Shown here piece after piece: positions 8,899 through 17,939 of a DNA stretch of 64,000 nt. The DNA is from an uncultured Pseudomonadales bacterium (lineage in GTDB: Bacteria; Patescibacteriota; Microgenomatia; UBA1400; UBA12028). Each line of letters opens with the position of its first letter. Position 1 is the first letter of the stretch. Below the pieces are notes generated by a model that was given only the letters and a program-made list of their open reading frames with translations, made no database searches and was not told the DNA's origin. Both the position numbers and the translations under genes were made by a program. The stretch lies in NCBI GenBank assembly GCA_964635905.1, contig CAZWPK010000002.1, positions 13,621-77,620 on the forward strand, in the 5' to 3' direction.

Positions 8899-9291
8899 GA
8901 GAAGAAAATACGAAATGGGAGCGGTGCAGCAAATGTGGATACCGTGAGGTTGCTCACAACAGAATCAGTAACGCCTGCGTATACTCAGAGTGGATTGGAG
9001 AAATTGACTATGTCAGAAAAACTGGGGAACTATTTTACGGTTCCGAAAACCATTCAAGCCATGGGAGGAATAACGTTAGAAAAAGGAATGCATTTGTGGA
9101 TTCCTGGAAAGATCACCGACGCGACACATCCACAATAATTCTATGCATTGCCACATGCCTGGCATGATGAAGAACCGGGTGTAGATATGGTGAAAATTAC
9201 TCCCGATGATGCTGGTTGGCTTGAGCTACTCCGTTTAATTGAACAACGGCACTTAATCCCAACCTCACAGTTTGGCCAACGTCTGTAATGG

Positions 9292-10086
9292 CTATTTCTT
9301 TACAACAACGAACACTTCTGCCATCGGACCCGTAGCCGTGGACACACGGTTGGTCGTTTTGGTCTGCCACTCTTTCCATGCAGTTCCATCCCAGGCCCTG
9401 ATTGTGCCAGAGTCTTGATCTAAAGGAAGTCGCACGGTGACAGTGACGTTTCCTTTGATTTGGTCTGCGGGAGCGATACTATAGGGTCCGGCAACGACAG
9501 TTTTTTCCATTGTACCTGGATAGCCAGGTGCAGCATGCACGATCATGTAGTTTGCCGAATTTTTAGCTTTGGAGACATCAAGGGTGAATTTACCGTCACG
9601 GGAACTAAAGACCTTTTCTTTTATGGCTTTCTCTGTATACGACCACTCACTCTTTAAGTTGTAGTCAGGATTTCCAAATCGTAACGAGAGGTTTCCTCCA
9701 GAGACGTTGGTGTTATAGGTACACTTCCCTCCACTAGAACAACTTCCCAGAAGAATTTCTTTCTTTAGCGGGAGTGATGACAAATTATCGACGGTTCCAA
9801 AAGCACCTTGAATCAGCTCACCCGCACTATATTCAATCTCGTATTCCAAATCCGCTGACTGCTTTTTGATTTCCACGAGTGTCAGATCAATCGCTTTTCC
9901 ATCCTGACGTGGAGACAGTCGCACAAATGGTCGATTCTCCAACGGTTCTTTGTTGACATCCTTTTCTACTTTCCGTGGTTTGGGGGTGGGTGCCACCGCT
10001 TGGGGTTGGGGTGTTTGCTTGCGACAACCAGCAAAGGCAACCCCGGTAATACAGACTAAACTCAAGATGAGTAAGGCTTTTTTCAT
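9292..10086 (-). CDS. Putative lipoprotein (unknown function)
   Basis: MKKALLILSLVCITGVAFAGC: signal peptide plus lipobox Cys, then a Pro/Gln-rich linker. Start set at MKK (10086) rather than the ORF-track start (10176), which would overlap glyS. Confidence 0.6.
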   Translation of the reverse strand: MKKALLILSLVCITGVAFAGCRKQTPQPQAVAPTPKPRKVEKDVNKEPLENRPFVRLSPRQDGKAIDLTLVEIKKQSADLEYEIEYSAGELIQGAFGTVDNLSSLPLKKEILLGSCSSGGKCTYNTNVSGGNLSLRFGNPDYNLKSEWSYTEKAIKEKVFSSRDGKFTLDVSKAKNSANYMIVHAAPGYPGTMEKTVVAGPYSIAPADQIKGNVTVTVRLPLDQDSGTIRAWDGTAWKEWQTKTTNRVSTATGPMAEVFVVVKK

Positions 10087-10105
10087 ACGGTGATCCTCAA
10101 AAAAA

Positions 10106-11545
10106 CTATCGTGAGGACAGTATAGCAACCAGCTCTGTAATGGCAACCCGTTGCTGCGATGCGCTGTCCCGATCACGCACAGTGACAGTCTGATCTTCTA
10201 AGGTTTGATAGTCGATCGTAATACAGGCTGGAGTTCCGATCTCATCTTGCGAGAGATAGCGTTTTCCAATATTTCCACGATCGTCCCAGGCAGTACGCAT
10301 CGAATCCGATAAGAGCGTGTACACCTCTTTCGCTTTGGCAACAATGTCTTCTTTGTTCGAGACTAATGGAAAGACTGCAGCTTTGTAGGGAGCCAGATTT
10401 TTAGCTAGACGTAATACCGTGCGCTTCTTTTCCGCATCGACCCAATACGCATCGGAGAGCACCATGAGAAACAAGCGGTTAATTCCAACAGCCGGTTCAA
10501 TGGCATGTGGCACAACACGCTCATTGGTTTGCGGATCGAGGACCGATAGATCCTTGCCACTATGTTTGATATGTTGTGCGAGGTCGTAATCGGTACGATA
10601 GGCAAGTCCCCACAGTTCTTTGAATCCGAAGGCAAATCTGTATTCCAGATCTTCTGTGCGTTTGGAATAAAAGGACCGTTCCTCATCACTATGTTCACGC
10701 CAGCGTAAGTTTTCGGCGTTGACTCCCAGTCGATTCGTTACAAAACTCCACATCGCCGTTTTCCAATCCTCAAAAAGTGTTTCCCAGTTTGATTTCGCTG
10801 GATCAAAGAAATATTCAATTTCTCCTTGTTCAAATTCAATGGTACGAAACACGGAGTTCCCTAAGGTAATTTCGTTACGGAATGATTTCCCGACTTGGGC
10901 AATTCCGAACGGGAGTTTGACTCTGGTACTATCCAGGACATTTTTAAAGTTGATAAACATCCCTTGCGCTGTTTCTCCGCGAAGATACGCTAAACTTTGA
11001 TCTCCTTCGACAATTCCTAGTTTGACCGGAAAGAGTAAATTAAATTTTCGAACTGGTGTCCAATCAAATTTAGAACAGTTGGGACAGGGAACGGAAAACT
11101 GTTGGATAATGGCATCAAACTCCACTGGGAGGAATCCTTCGACTTTTTTGCTAGAAAGATCACGTTTCGGATTGCTTCCCACCTGAATGATTTTCTTTTC
11201 CAGGAGAACCTTCTCGTCAACGTTTTCTAGGAAATCTTCCACGAGATGATCTGCACGCATCCGGCGCTTGCAGCTCTTACAGTCAATCAGTGCATCGGCG
11301 AATCCAGAGGTATGTCCGGAAGCATCCCAGACTCCATGATGCGAAATCAAGCTTGCATCAATTCCCACCATATCCAATCGTTTGTGTACAAACTCCGTCC
11401 ACCACAAATTTTTGATATTGCGCAACAACTCTGCTCCTGCTGGACCGTAGTCGTAGGTGTTTGCTAGTCCACCATAGATCTCGGACCCTGGATATACGAA
11501 TCCTCGACGCTTCATTAAAGCGACAATGTCATCAAATGTTGCCAT
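10106..11545 (-). CDS. glyQS: Glycine--tRNA ligase, alpha2 (single-chain) type
   Basis: MATFDDIVALMKRRGFVYPGSEIYGGLANTYDYGPAGAELLRN is the class II GlyRS N-terminus; 480 aa. ATG at 11545 (the ORF track starts 18 codons earlier). Confidence 0.85.
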   Translation of the reverse strand: MATFDDIVALMKRRGFVYPGSEIYGGLANTYDYGPAGAELLRNIKNLWWTEFVHKRLDMVGIDASLISHHGVWDASGHTSGFADALIDCKSCKRRMRADHLVEDFLENVDEKVLLEKKIIQVGSNPKRDLSSKKVEGFLPVEFDAIIQQFSVPCPNCSKFDWTPVRKFNLLFPVKLGIVEGDQSLAYLRGETAQGMFINFKNVLDSTRVKLPFGIAQVGKSFRNEITLGNSVFRTIEFEQGEIEYFFDPAKSNWETLFEDWKTAMWSFVTNRLGVNAENLRWREHSDEERSFYSKRTEDLEYRFAFGFKELWGLAYRTDYDLAQHIKHSGKDLSVLDPQTNERVVPHAIEPAVGINRLFLMVLSDAYWVDAEKKRTVLRLAKNLAPYKAAVFPLVSNKEDIVAKAKEVYTLLSDSMRTAWDDRGNIGKRYLSQDEIGTPACITIDYQTLEDQTVTVRDRDSASQQRVAITELVAILSSR

Positions 11546-11559
11546 ATTCTTCCCCTTAC

Positions 11560-11830
11560 TACGATACATGGTTACAAAAAAACCGCCTCTACACAACATC
11601 GAGTGTTGTATAGGGACGGCCTTAAGATTTAAAGTCGCGGTTCCACCCTACTTGATCAAAAGAGCCATGTTGGTCTCTTCTTTGATCCTCTTTTTGATTC
11701 AAAGCTCCCGCTTGCCAAAGGCGATCAACGCTGTAAAGGAATTGTAACACATTCAGCATAGATTGCAGAATCTACGACAGAATTCGTACTAAATCAGGCA
11801 AAGACTTTTAACTCTGTTTGCTAGTTTAGT
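11560..11830 (-). promoter_or_regulatory. T-box riboswitch leader (glycine-specific) upstream of glyQS
   Basis: Conserved T-box sequence AGUAGGGUGGAACCGCGAC (rc of 11633-11651) partly overlapping the terminator 5' arm; upstream candidate specifier GGC-A in UUUGGCAAG; 5' region with AGUA/GA-type elements. Confidence 0.65.
11574..11621 (-). terminator. Intrinsic terminator hairpin of the glyQS T-box leader (followed by U7)
   Basis: RNA CCGUCCCUAUACAACA-CUCGA-UGUUGUGUAGAGGCGG followed by UUUUUUU, immediately downstream of and overlapping the T-box sequence. Confidence 0.6.
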
Positions 11831-11885
11831 ATAAAGCAAGCTAAAATGGGCAAGCTGAATACTTTTTTCCTTAACGAATACACGT

Positions 11886-13544
11886 ATGTCAAAAATGGAC
11901 TCAATTCAACGACTATTGACGAGAGTTGCAGTTTCGGCTGGACTCATTGTGGGTGGCAACGAGGCTGTTTCAGCAAGTGATCGTAGTGTTGACGGTCCTC
12001 CAGTCACACGCCACAGCGAAGCGATTCGTGTCTTATCGCAAGTATCCGCAGGTGGAAATAGAGATACTGAGCACGTCAGAACAGTCAACCTTCCAGATAT
12101 CCATTCAGGTGGGCTAGAAACTGCAACCACGAGAGCATGGGAATCATACCGAGAATTGCCTGCAAGCGAAAGGAATTCTAGTGAGTTTGTCGGTGACCTT
12201 TTTGCAGAATGGGGCGTTTTAACTGCTGAAGTCACGGGGACATTGGATGCGTATCATTTTCGACCGCTTGATCCATTTCCTGAATCAGACTATCAAAAAC
12301 AATATCGTTATTTGAGTGAGTCCACAATCTTTGGTGCATTTTCGCAGCTTGTAACACCTGAACTTCTCGATCAGCACTTTTACATGCCAGGCGATGTACT
12401 CATCTTTCCCAATCAGTACGAGGTCTATGTCTTTTCTCACGATGAAAATGGCACAGCAATGTTTATAAATCCGCGTCACACGGTTGATCAGGATGCATTT
12501 GTTTCAATCCAAGAAATTAAAGAGTTCCCTGTTCCGGTGGATCGACAAATACTTCGAGTAAATATTCCGCAGCTGCGCGATTTTCAGCAGCGAGCACGAA
12601 CCATCTATGAGACTGACAATTCCCCGGAAAGAGCTCCGATCGCTCAACTCCCCCAAACGGTTTCGCACTATGGCAATTATGCTTCCAATGGATTTGGTTT
12701 CCCCAATGGACCTGAAGATACTGCAGTTGTTACCGTCGAAGGTACGGCGGACAGAGTCTTTGAGCGTCATCAAGCCGTAGAGGCAATTCTGGGACAAGAA
12801 GGCGAAATGACCATGCATATCGATTTAACCTTCGTAAATAGTGACGGATTAATTGTAAATTATGATCAAAGTGGAAATGGAGTAGGAGACACAGAAGATT
12901 TTATTCATGCGTTATTGGACAGAGCCCAGCAAGAAGGCCGACAGGTGGAATTCTCGATAAGCGTTCGTGTGCCTGAAGACTGGCATCTGGATACTATTCA
13001 GCAATTTATCACTGATTTTTATGGTCCTACACATACCTATCTTAGTGATGCAGTGCGGGCACGAATGGGACGAATCGGACTGAGCATCGATCCTGAGCTG
13101 CCTGGAACCGAAGGGTTAGGAGGTACACCATTAACCTATGCCGATATTAACAATTTATATGTAACAGCTCGTCTATCTGGCATGACAGGAAGATTCCGGG
13201 TATATGATGTTGGCGTCACTCCAGCGGATGGATATTTAAATACTCGAAATATCCAAAGTAACTCTCCTGTCGATACGACATTACATCCTGAAATTGGTTT
13301 TATCTCGATGGGAATTGGAAGTGCCGACGATAAAAAAAGGGTCATTGAAAGTAGAGCCTTGCCAGAAGCACTAGGAATAAATCGTTTCTATTCTCAAATG
13401 ATGTTTTATGAACCTATTAGCCCTTATTTAGCACGATCGGGGGAAGCGGATCGTTTTTCTGATCCAGAATCATTCATTTCTGTCCTTAGGCCAATCATGG
13501 TCAACGGGATCCCTGTTTCCCTTGAATTTGTAGCTCTACAATAA
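11886..13544 (+). CDS. Hypothetical secreted protein (552 aa), no recognisable domain
   Basis: Long ORF with probable Sec signal peptide (RVAVSAGLIVGGNEAVSA/SD). Own promoter-like TTGCTA-18-TAAAAT at about 11818-11847. Divergent from glyQS. Confidence 0.65.
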   Translation: MSKMDSIQRLLTRVAVSAGLIVGGNEAVSASDRSVDGPPVTRHSEAIRVLSQVSAGGNRDTEHVRTVNLPDIHSGGLETATTRAWESYRELPASERNSSEFVGDLFAEWGVLTAEVTGTLDAYHFRPLDPFPESDYQKQYRYLSESTIFGAFSQLVTPELLDQHFYMPGDVLIFPNQYEVYVFSHDENGTAMFINPRHTVDQDAFVSIQEIKEFPVPVDRQILRVNIPQLRDFQQRARTIYETDNSPERAPIAQLPQTVSHYGNYASNGFGFPNGPEDTAVVTVEGTADRVFERHQAVEAILGQEGEMTMHIDLTFVNSDGLIVNYDQSGNGVGDTEDFIHALLDRAQQEGRQVEFSISVRVPEDWHLDTIQQFITDFYGPTHTYLSDAVRARMGRIGLSIDPELPGTEGLGGTPLTYADINNLYVTARLSGMTGRFRVYDVGVTPADGYLNTRNIQSNSPVDTTLHPEIGFISMGIGSADDKKRVIESRALPEALGINRFYSQMMFYEPISPYLARSGEADRFSDPESFISVLRPIMVNGIPVSLEFVALQ

Positions 13545-13555
13545 GCGGTGTTCTG

Positions 13556-14095
13556 TTACAGGTTTAAGAACGCATACGCTTTAAGTTTGCGTTGCGTAAT
13601 TTCCTCCACCAAGTCTTTGACAGGTTTTTGAATGTCCACTTCCGCTTGATGGGAAAATCCTAACGACTCGATGATTTGGGAAAGTCGGGTTCGAATAAAA
13701 CCTGCGTTCGCAGGAGTTTGAGAGTGTAAGTGGGTTAGCATTTCGATGGTTTTATCAAATACGAATGGCTGATCATCCTCATCGACAAGTAAGGAGTCAA
13801 CGATCTCTAGGATTTCAAACACCTTGCGAAAGGAGGTCAAATCTGTTCTGCTTCCAGAGAAATCATTGATGATAGAAGCCTGCGTTAGAATCGGCATGGA
13901 ATGCGTCTTGATCAGATGGATCTTTGAGAATGTCCCTGGCTCAAGTGCTGACAACTTAGATGATGTCATTTTTCGACACCCTTTGGCAATGGTCGTCAGT
14001 TTTCCGAACTCTTTGGTAAAAACGGTGACCACACGATCCATCTCACCAATATCCGATCGTTTGAGAATAATTCCACTGCTTGAAAAGCTATGCAT
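13556..14095 (-). CDS. recO: DNA repair protein RecO (short form)
   Basis: N-terminus GIILKRSDIGEMDRVVTVFTKEFGKL..AKG matches the RecO OB-fold region. 179 aa is shorter than typical (about 240). Confidence 0.6.
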   Translation of the reverse strand: MHSFSSSGIILKRSDIGEMDRVVTVFTKEFGKLTTIAKGCRKMTSSKLSALEPGTFSKIHLIKTHSMPILTQASIINDFSGSRTDLTSFRKVFEILEIVDSLLVDEDDQPFVFDKTIEMLTHLHSQTPANAGFIRTRLSQIIESLGFSHQAEVDIQKPVKDLVEEITQRKLKAYAFLNL

Positions 14096-14127
14096 ACTGG
14101 TGCAGATGAACTTGCAATTGGTGTCGA

Positions 14128-16092
14128 TTACCAGTTAAACGTAACGGTCTTATCCTTGTCCAGGAGAACGTCATGTTCCTCACCGTTGACTTCCACAATG
14201 TGTTTAATATCTTTGGTCCCACCTTGCTTCTGAAAGGTGATGACATAGTTACTATTGTTGCTGTATGGCACGGTATACACGAGCTCAATTTTAGCTTGCG
14301 ACAGTGGCTGTAACTTAAACGTACCTTCAACCATGGCATGACCAAGTTCCTCGGATTGCTTTACACTACCCTCGTCAAATCCTCGGGAGGAAACTAGAGT
14401 TGCACCACTCGGCAAGTACACTCGACTCCAGTTCTGCAACACACCATTCAAACACAGCTGTCCTGCTTCTAGATTACAGTTACTCGCTTTAAAGGGGTTC
14501 TTATAACTAACCGTTACAGTGTGTTTCACCTTGCCATCTACCGGCACATCAATCACATGTAAAGCTTCGCTTTGTACAAAGAAATTCGATTTTGCTCCAG
14601 CAAGGTTGGTATCCACTAATAAGAAATAGTCACTTCCCTCTTGCGTCGGTTTAACACGACCGGCAGCATTGATGGTTTCCGCAGCTGCTTGAAGTTTGGG
14701 ATCTAAGAAATAGAGCTGCACGTGCTTCCCTTCAATATCTTTCCAAAATGTTTGAAACAAGGCTGGCCATAAATTCTTCGGGGCACTATAGGATTTACGC
14801 AGAATGGAAGCCATCATTGGTCCCAAAATGCCTTTGCGGTTCTCACGGATATACGGAGTTGGTCGATCAATGATTTCGGAAAGCGCATAGATGATTTGCG
14901 GACAGTCACACCGCTTATCGGTCTCAGCGGTAAAGGTTCCATAGCCGGGAACTTCGACTGGTCCTAAGACGCTTAGTAAGCTCTCTAAGAAATGGGTGTC
15001 TACCGCAATGATTCCATCAAATTCGGCTTTTTGACCTTTGATCGTTTGATAGTACTGATTAAAGGTGGTCATGGACTCTTTGTAGTCGGGTGACAAATTC
15101 ATGTCGCGCAAATTCCAGCGTGATTCGGTAGTTAAGAACCGTTTTAAAATTGCGGGAATAGGAGGCTTATTGGTGAAACGCTGATCCAGATCATAGATAT
15201 CACCGGAGGCTTCTGGCTCTACCTTCCCTTTGTCCACATTGATAACGGCATAGGCAGTCATAAAGCCACCAGTCGGACGTAATTCACCACTGTTTTGGAA
15301 GATGACTAAGTATTTTCGTCGTTTGGTCGATCCCGCTGCTTCGGGGAGTAACTCTACTGCCTGTCGGTTCTCCGATAAAAAGGTGTATGCATCTTTACTG
15401 ACTTGCTTGGCTGTCGCGATCCGCGGTCGTAACGCCTTGCCTTGGAACGTTTCTGGATATTTTTTCTCATCAATCTTTGAGAGATTGTCATTGACGGTTT
15501 TTAGATCCAGGGAAATGGAATCAATAGCAGGAGAGACTTTTGAGAGAGTTTCTAGAAGCGTTGCGATTCGCTGCTCTGCAGAACCTCCAGTGAATGAGCC
15601 CTGCCCTTTAAATCCTAGGACGTCAGCGTAGGGTTCAATTTCTTTGACAGCTTTTTGCGCCGCAGAAAGTCCGGCATAGGCAGCTGCGAATCCATGTTCA
15701 CTATCGCGGTAATACGCTCCCGCAATAGGAAGTGCCTTCGTCCATGCAAATCCTTTGACTTTAGCTTCAACTTTTTTTGTCTTCTCCGTTACTTGAGTGA
15801 GTTTTTCACCCGCTAACGGCAAATTTTGTGTCTTGATCGCATCATAGGCTTCGCGCCCGGTTAGACTCAAATCATCCACATCCGTTTTGATTGCGCGAAC
15901 TTGTTGGTACAAAGAAAATCCGACGATACCCGCAATCAGACCCAGCACGACAAAAACTCCCAAGATAATGAGCAAGGGTTTTCGCATTTTGTTAAAGTTC
16001 ACCCGCTTGGTAGGAGTTTTTTTTGCATGCGATGCAAAGGTTGCTGCAAAATTATCTGTGGGTGTGGCAGGAGCGGTCTTAGATGGTTCCAT
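14128..16092 (-). CDS. Membrane-anchored large extracytoplasmic protein, DUF4012-like
   Basis: 654 aa; N-terminal TM helix (LLIILGVFVVLGLIAGIVGF) then a large domain containing FQNSGELRPTGGFMTAYAVINVDKG, which I recall as typical of DUF4012 proteins in polysaccharide loci. Family assignment from memory only. Confidence 0.55.
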   Translation of the reverse strand: MEPSKTAPATPTDNFAATFASHAKKTPTKRVNFNKMRKPLLIILGVFVVLGLIAGIVGFSLYQQVRAIKTDVDDLSLTGREAYDAIKTQNLPLAGEKLTQVTEKTKKVEAKVKGFAWTKALPIAGAYYRDSEHGFAAAYAGLSAAQKAVKEIEPYADVLGFKGQGSFTGGSAEQRIATLLETLSKVSPAIDSISLDLKTVNDNLSKIDEKKYPETFQGKALRPRIATAKQVSKDAYTFLSENRQAVELLPEAAGSTKRRKYLVIFQNSGELRPTGGFMTAYAVINVDKGKVEPEASGDIYDLDQRFTNKPPIPAILKRFLTTESRWNLRDMNLSPDYKESMTTFNQYYQTIKGQKAEFDGIIAVDTHFLESLLSVLGPVEVPGYGTFTAETDKRCDCPQIIYALSEIIDRPTPYIRENRKGILGPMMASILRKSYSAPKNLWPALFQTFWKDIEGKHVQLYFLDPKLQAAAETINAAGRVKPTQEGSDYFLLVDTNLAGAKSNFFVQSEALHVIDVPVDGKVKHTVTVSYKNPFKASNCNLEAGQLCLNGVLQNWSRVYLPSGATLVSSRGFDEGSVKQSEELGHAMVEGTFKLQPLSQAKIELVYTVPYSNNSNYVITFQKQGGTKDIKHIVEVNGEEHDVLLDKDKTVTFNW

Positions 16093-16128
16093 AAATTGAG
16101 ATTAGAACAGTATAGCAAATGGACAACC

Positions 16129-16752
16129 TTACCATTTGGAAATCATTGCCCGAGGGGTTTTAGCAAGGATTACGATATCACGCCAGAGGCTTCCATGTCT
16201 AGCGTACTCGGCGTCCATCTTGGCACGAATGTTGAATGGGACTTCATTACGGCCCGATGTTTGCCAAGGACCGGTAATTCCTGGTTTCACCGACAATATG
16301 TCTTTGATCAGCGCTTTTGTTTCGGGATACTTTTCTTGTTGTTCTTCTAGCTCTTTGGCAACATAGGCCCGGGGTCCAACGATACTCATCTCACCTTTAA
16401 GGACATTGAGGACCTGTGGAAATTCATCAATGGTTAACGAACGCAAAATTTTACCAAGCTTGGTAATGCGGGGATCGTTTTTAAGTTTCCAATCACCATC
16501 TTTAAATTCTTTCAACAGTTGTGGGCTTTTACTGTGCAACAGTTCGTCCGCATCTTGAACCATCGAACGGAACTTATAGATATGAATGGGTTTCCCATAC
16601 TTCCCTACCCGCTTGTGGGTAAAAATAATCGGTCCGGAAGAGTCCAGTAAGATCAAGATTGGGATGATTATCCAGACTGGAAAAAAAATAACGATGAGCG
16701 CCAATGCCACAATCATATCAAGGGCACGTTTTTGTTCGGCGTACGAAATCAT
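16129..16752 (-). CDS. Polyprenyl-phosphate hexose-1-phosphate transferase (small bacterial sugar transferase, WbaP/PglC-like)
   Basis: One TM helix then a conserved sugar-transferase domain: HKRVGKYGKPIHIYKFRSM...DEFPQVLNVLKGEMSIVGPR. Confidence 0.8.
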   Translation of the reverse strand: MISYAEQKRALDMIVALALIVIFFPVWIIIPILILLDSSGPIIFTHKRVGKYGKPIHIYKFRSMVQDADELLHSKSPQLLKEFKDGDWKLKNDPRITKLGKILRSLTIDEFPQVLNVLKGEMSIVGPRAYVAKELEEQQEKYPETKALIKDILSVKPGITGPWQTSGRNEVPFNIRAKMDAEYARHGSLWRDIVILAKTPRAMISKW

Positions 16753-16800
16753 AAGTTACCTTTACTGTATCAGTGTATCCTACAAGACAACAACTGGAAA

Positions 16801-17901
16801 TTAGAGATAGGAAGGCATTTCCTCTTTAATCTTTTCTACGACTTTTTTAACATCCTGTGATTTATCTTTCGGCATCACCAGCAAAATCTCGCCGGTATCA
16901 ATGACCACCATGTCGGAGATGCCAACCAACGCAATGAGACGGTCATGGGTATGAACGAGATTGTTTTGAGAATCATGACAGACTAAGTCACCTTTTTTCG
17001 TTTCACACATCATGACGTTACCGACTTCATTTTTTTCACGTAAATCGTAGACTACTTTCCAATCCCCAATATCGTTCCATCCGAAATCACCTGGGATTAA
17101 GAGCAGATTGTCTGCTTTCTCACTGATCGCATAGTCAATGGAAATCTTTTCCACTTCTTGATATGCCTTGACCAAAACCCCTGGAAACTGATCGCTTCCT
17201 AAGGATTCTAAAATGGGTTGCATCATTTCAAGCATTTCTGGTTTAAATTTTTTAAACGCATCGAGCAATGCAGAAGACTTCCAGACATAGTTGTTTGCAT
17301 TCCAGAAATATTTTCCAGTCGCAATAAATGCTTTGGCAGTAGCTATATTGGGTTTTTCAGTGAAGTTTGAAACGCGGAAAATAGGTAACTTGTCGATCTG
17401 ACGAATCTCCTCATCAATCTTAATATACCCTAATCCTGAATGCGCAAAGGTTGGCAAGATTCCCACGGTAACTAGAGATTCCCCGCTTGAGGCCGCTTCA
17501 ATCGCGGCTTTCACAACGTGCTGAAACTCTTTAGCATTCGTCACCACGTGATCGGAAGCCAAGTTCACCACAATGGCGTCACGATCCTTATGCAGTGCGA
17601 CCATCGCTCCTAAGAGCATCGCCGGTGCAGTTTCTCGCTTTGATGGTTCACCAATGATGTTTTCGGAAGGAACATCGGGAAGCTGCTTTCGAACATCCTC
17701 AACATAGTATTTATTGGAAACGACAATAACATGATCGGGATCGACAAATTCTAATGCGCGTTGATAGGTGTCTTGCATTAATGTGTTCTCGGTATACAGG
17801 CGCAAGAACTGCTTTGGAGTTTTCTCTCTGCTTTTTGGCCACAGTCGTGTTCCACCACCACCGGCAAGGATGACAACATACACATGATTGACCGAACTCA
17901 T
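16801..17901 (-). CDS. manC: Mannose-1-phosphate guanylyltransferase (GDP-mannose pyrophosphorylase)
   Basis: VVILAGGGGTRLWPKSREKTPKQFL nucleotidyltransferase signature; 366 aa. Confidence 0.8.
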   Translation of the reverse strand: MSSVNHVYVVILAGGGGTRLWPKSREKTPKQFLRLYTENTLMQDTYQRALEFVDPDHVIVVSNKYYVEDVRKQLPDVPSENIIGEPSKRETAPAMLLGAMVALHKDRDAIVVNLASDHVVTNAKEFQHVVKAAIEAASSGESLVTVGILPTFAHSGLGYIKIDEEIRQIDKLPIFRVSNFTEKPNIATAKAFIATGKYFWNANNYVWKSSALLDAFKKFKPEMLEMMQPILESLGSDQFPGVLVKAYQEVEKISIDYAISEKADNLLLIPGDFGWNDIGDWKVVYDLREKNEVGNVMMCETKKGDLVCHDSQNNLVHTHDRLIALVGISDMVVIDTGEILLVMPKDKSQDVKKVVEKIKEEMPSYL

Positions 17902-17939
17902 AACGCTTCCTTTCCTTCGTGTGACCTAAGAGTAGAGAA

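Noticed and set aside
8935-9138. 67-aa GTG-start ORF upstream of mraZ on the plus strand.
   Set aside because: Weak start context, no motif; kept only as part of the unexplained-region finding.
15302-16366. Plus-strand ORFs of 109 to 149 aa overlapping the DUF4012-like and PHPT genes.
   Set aside because: Antisense to strongly supported genes; low-complexity or Cys-rich artefacts.
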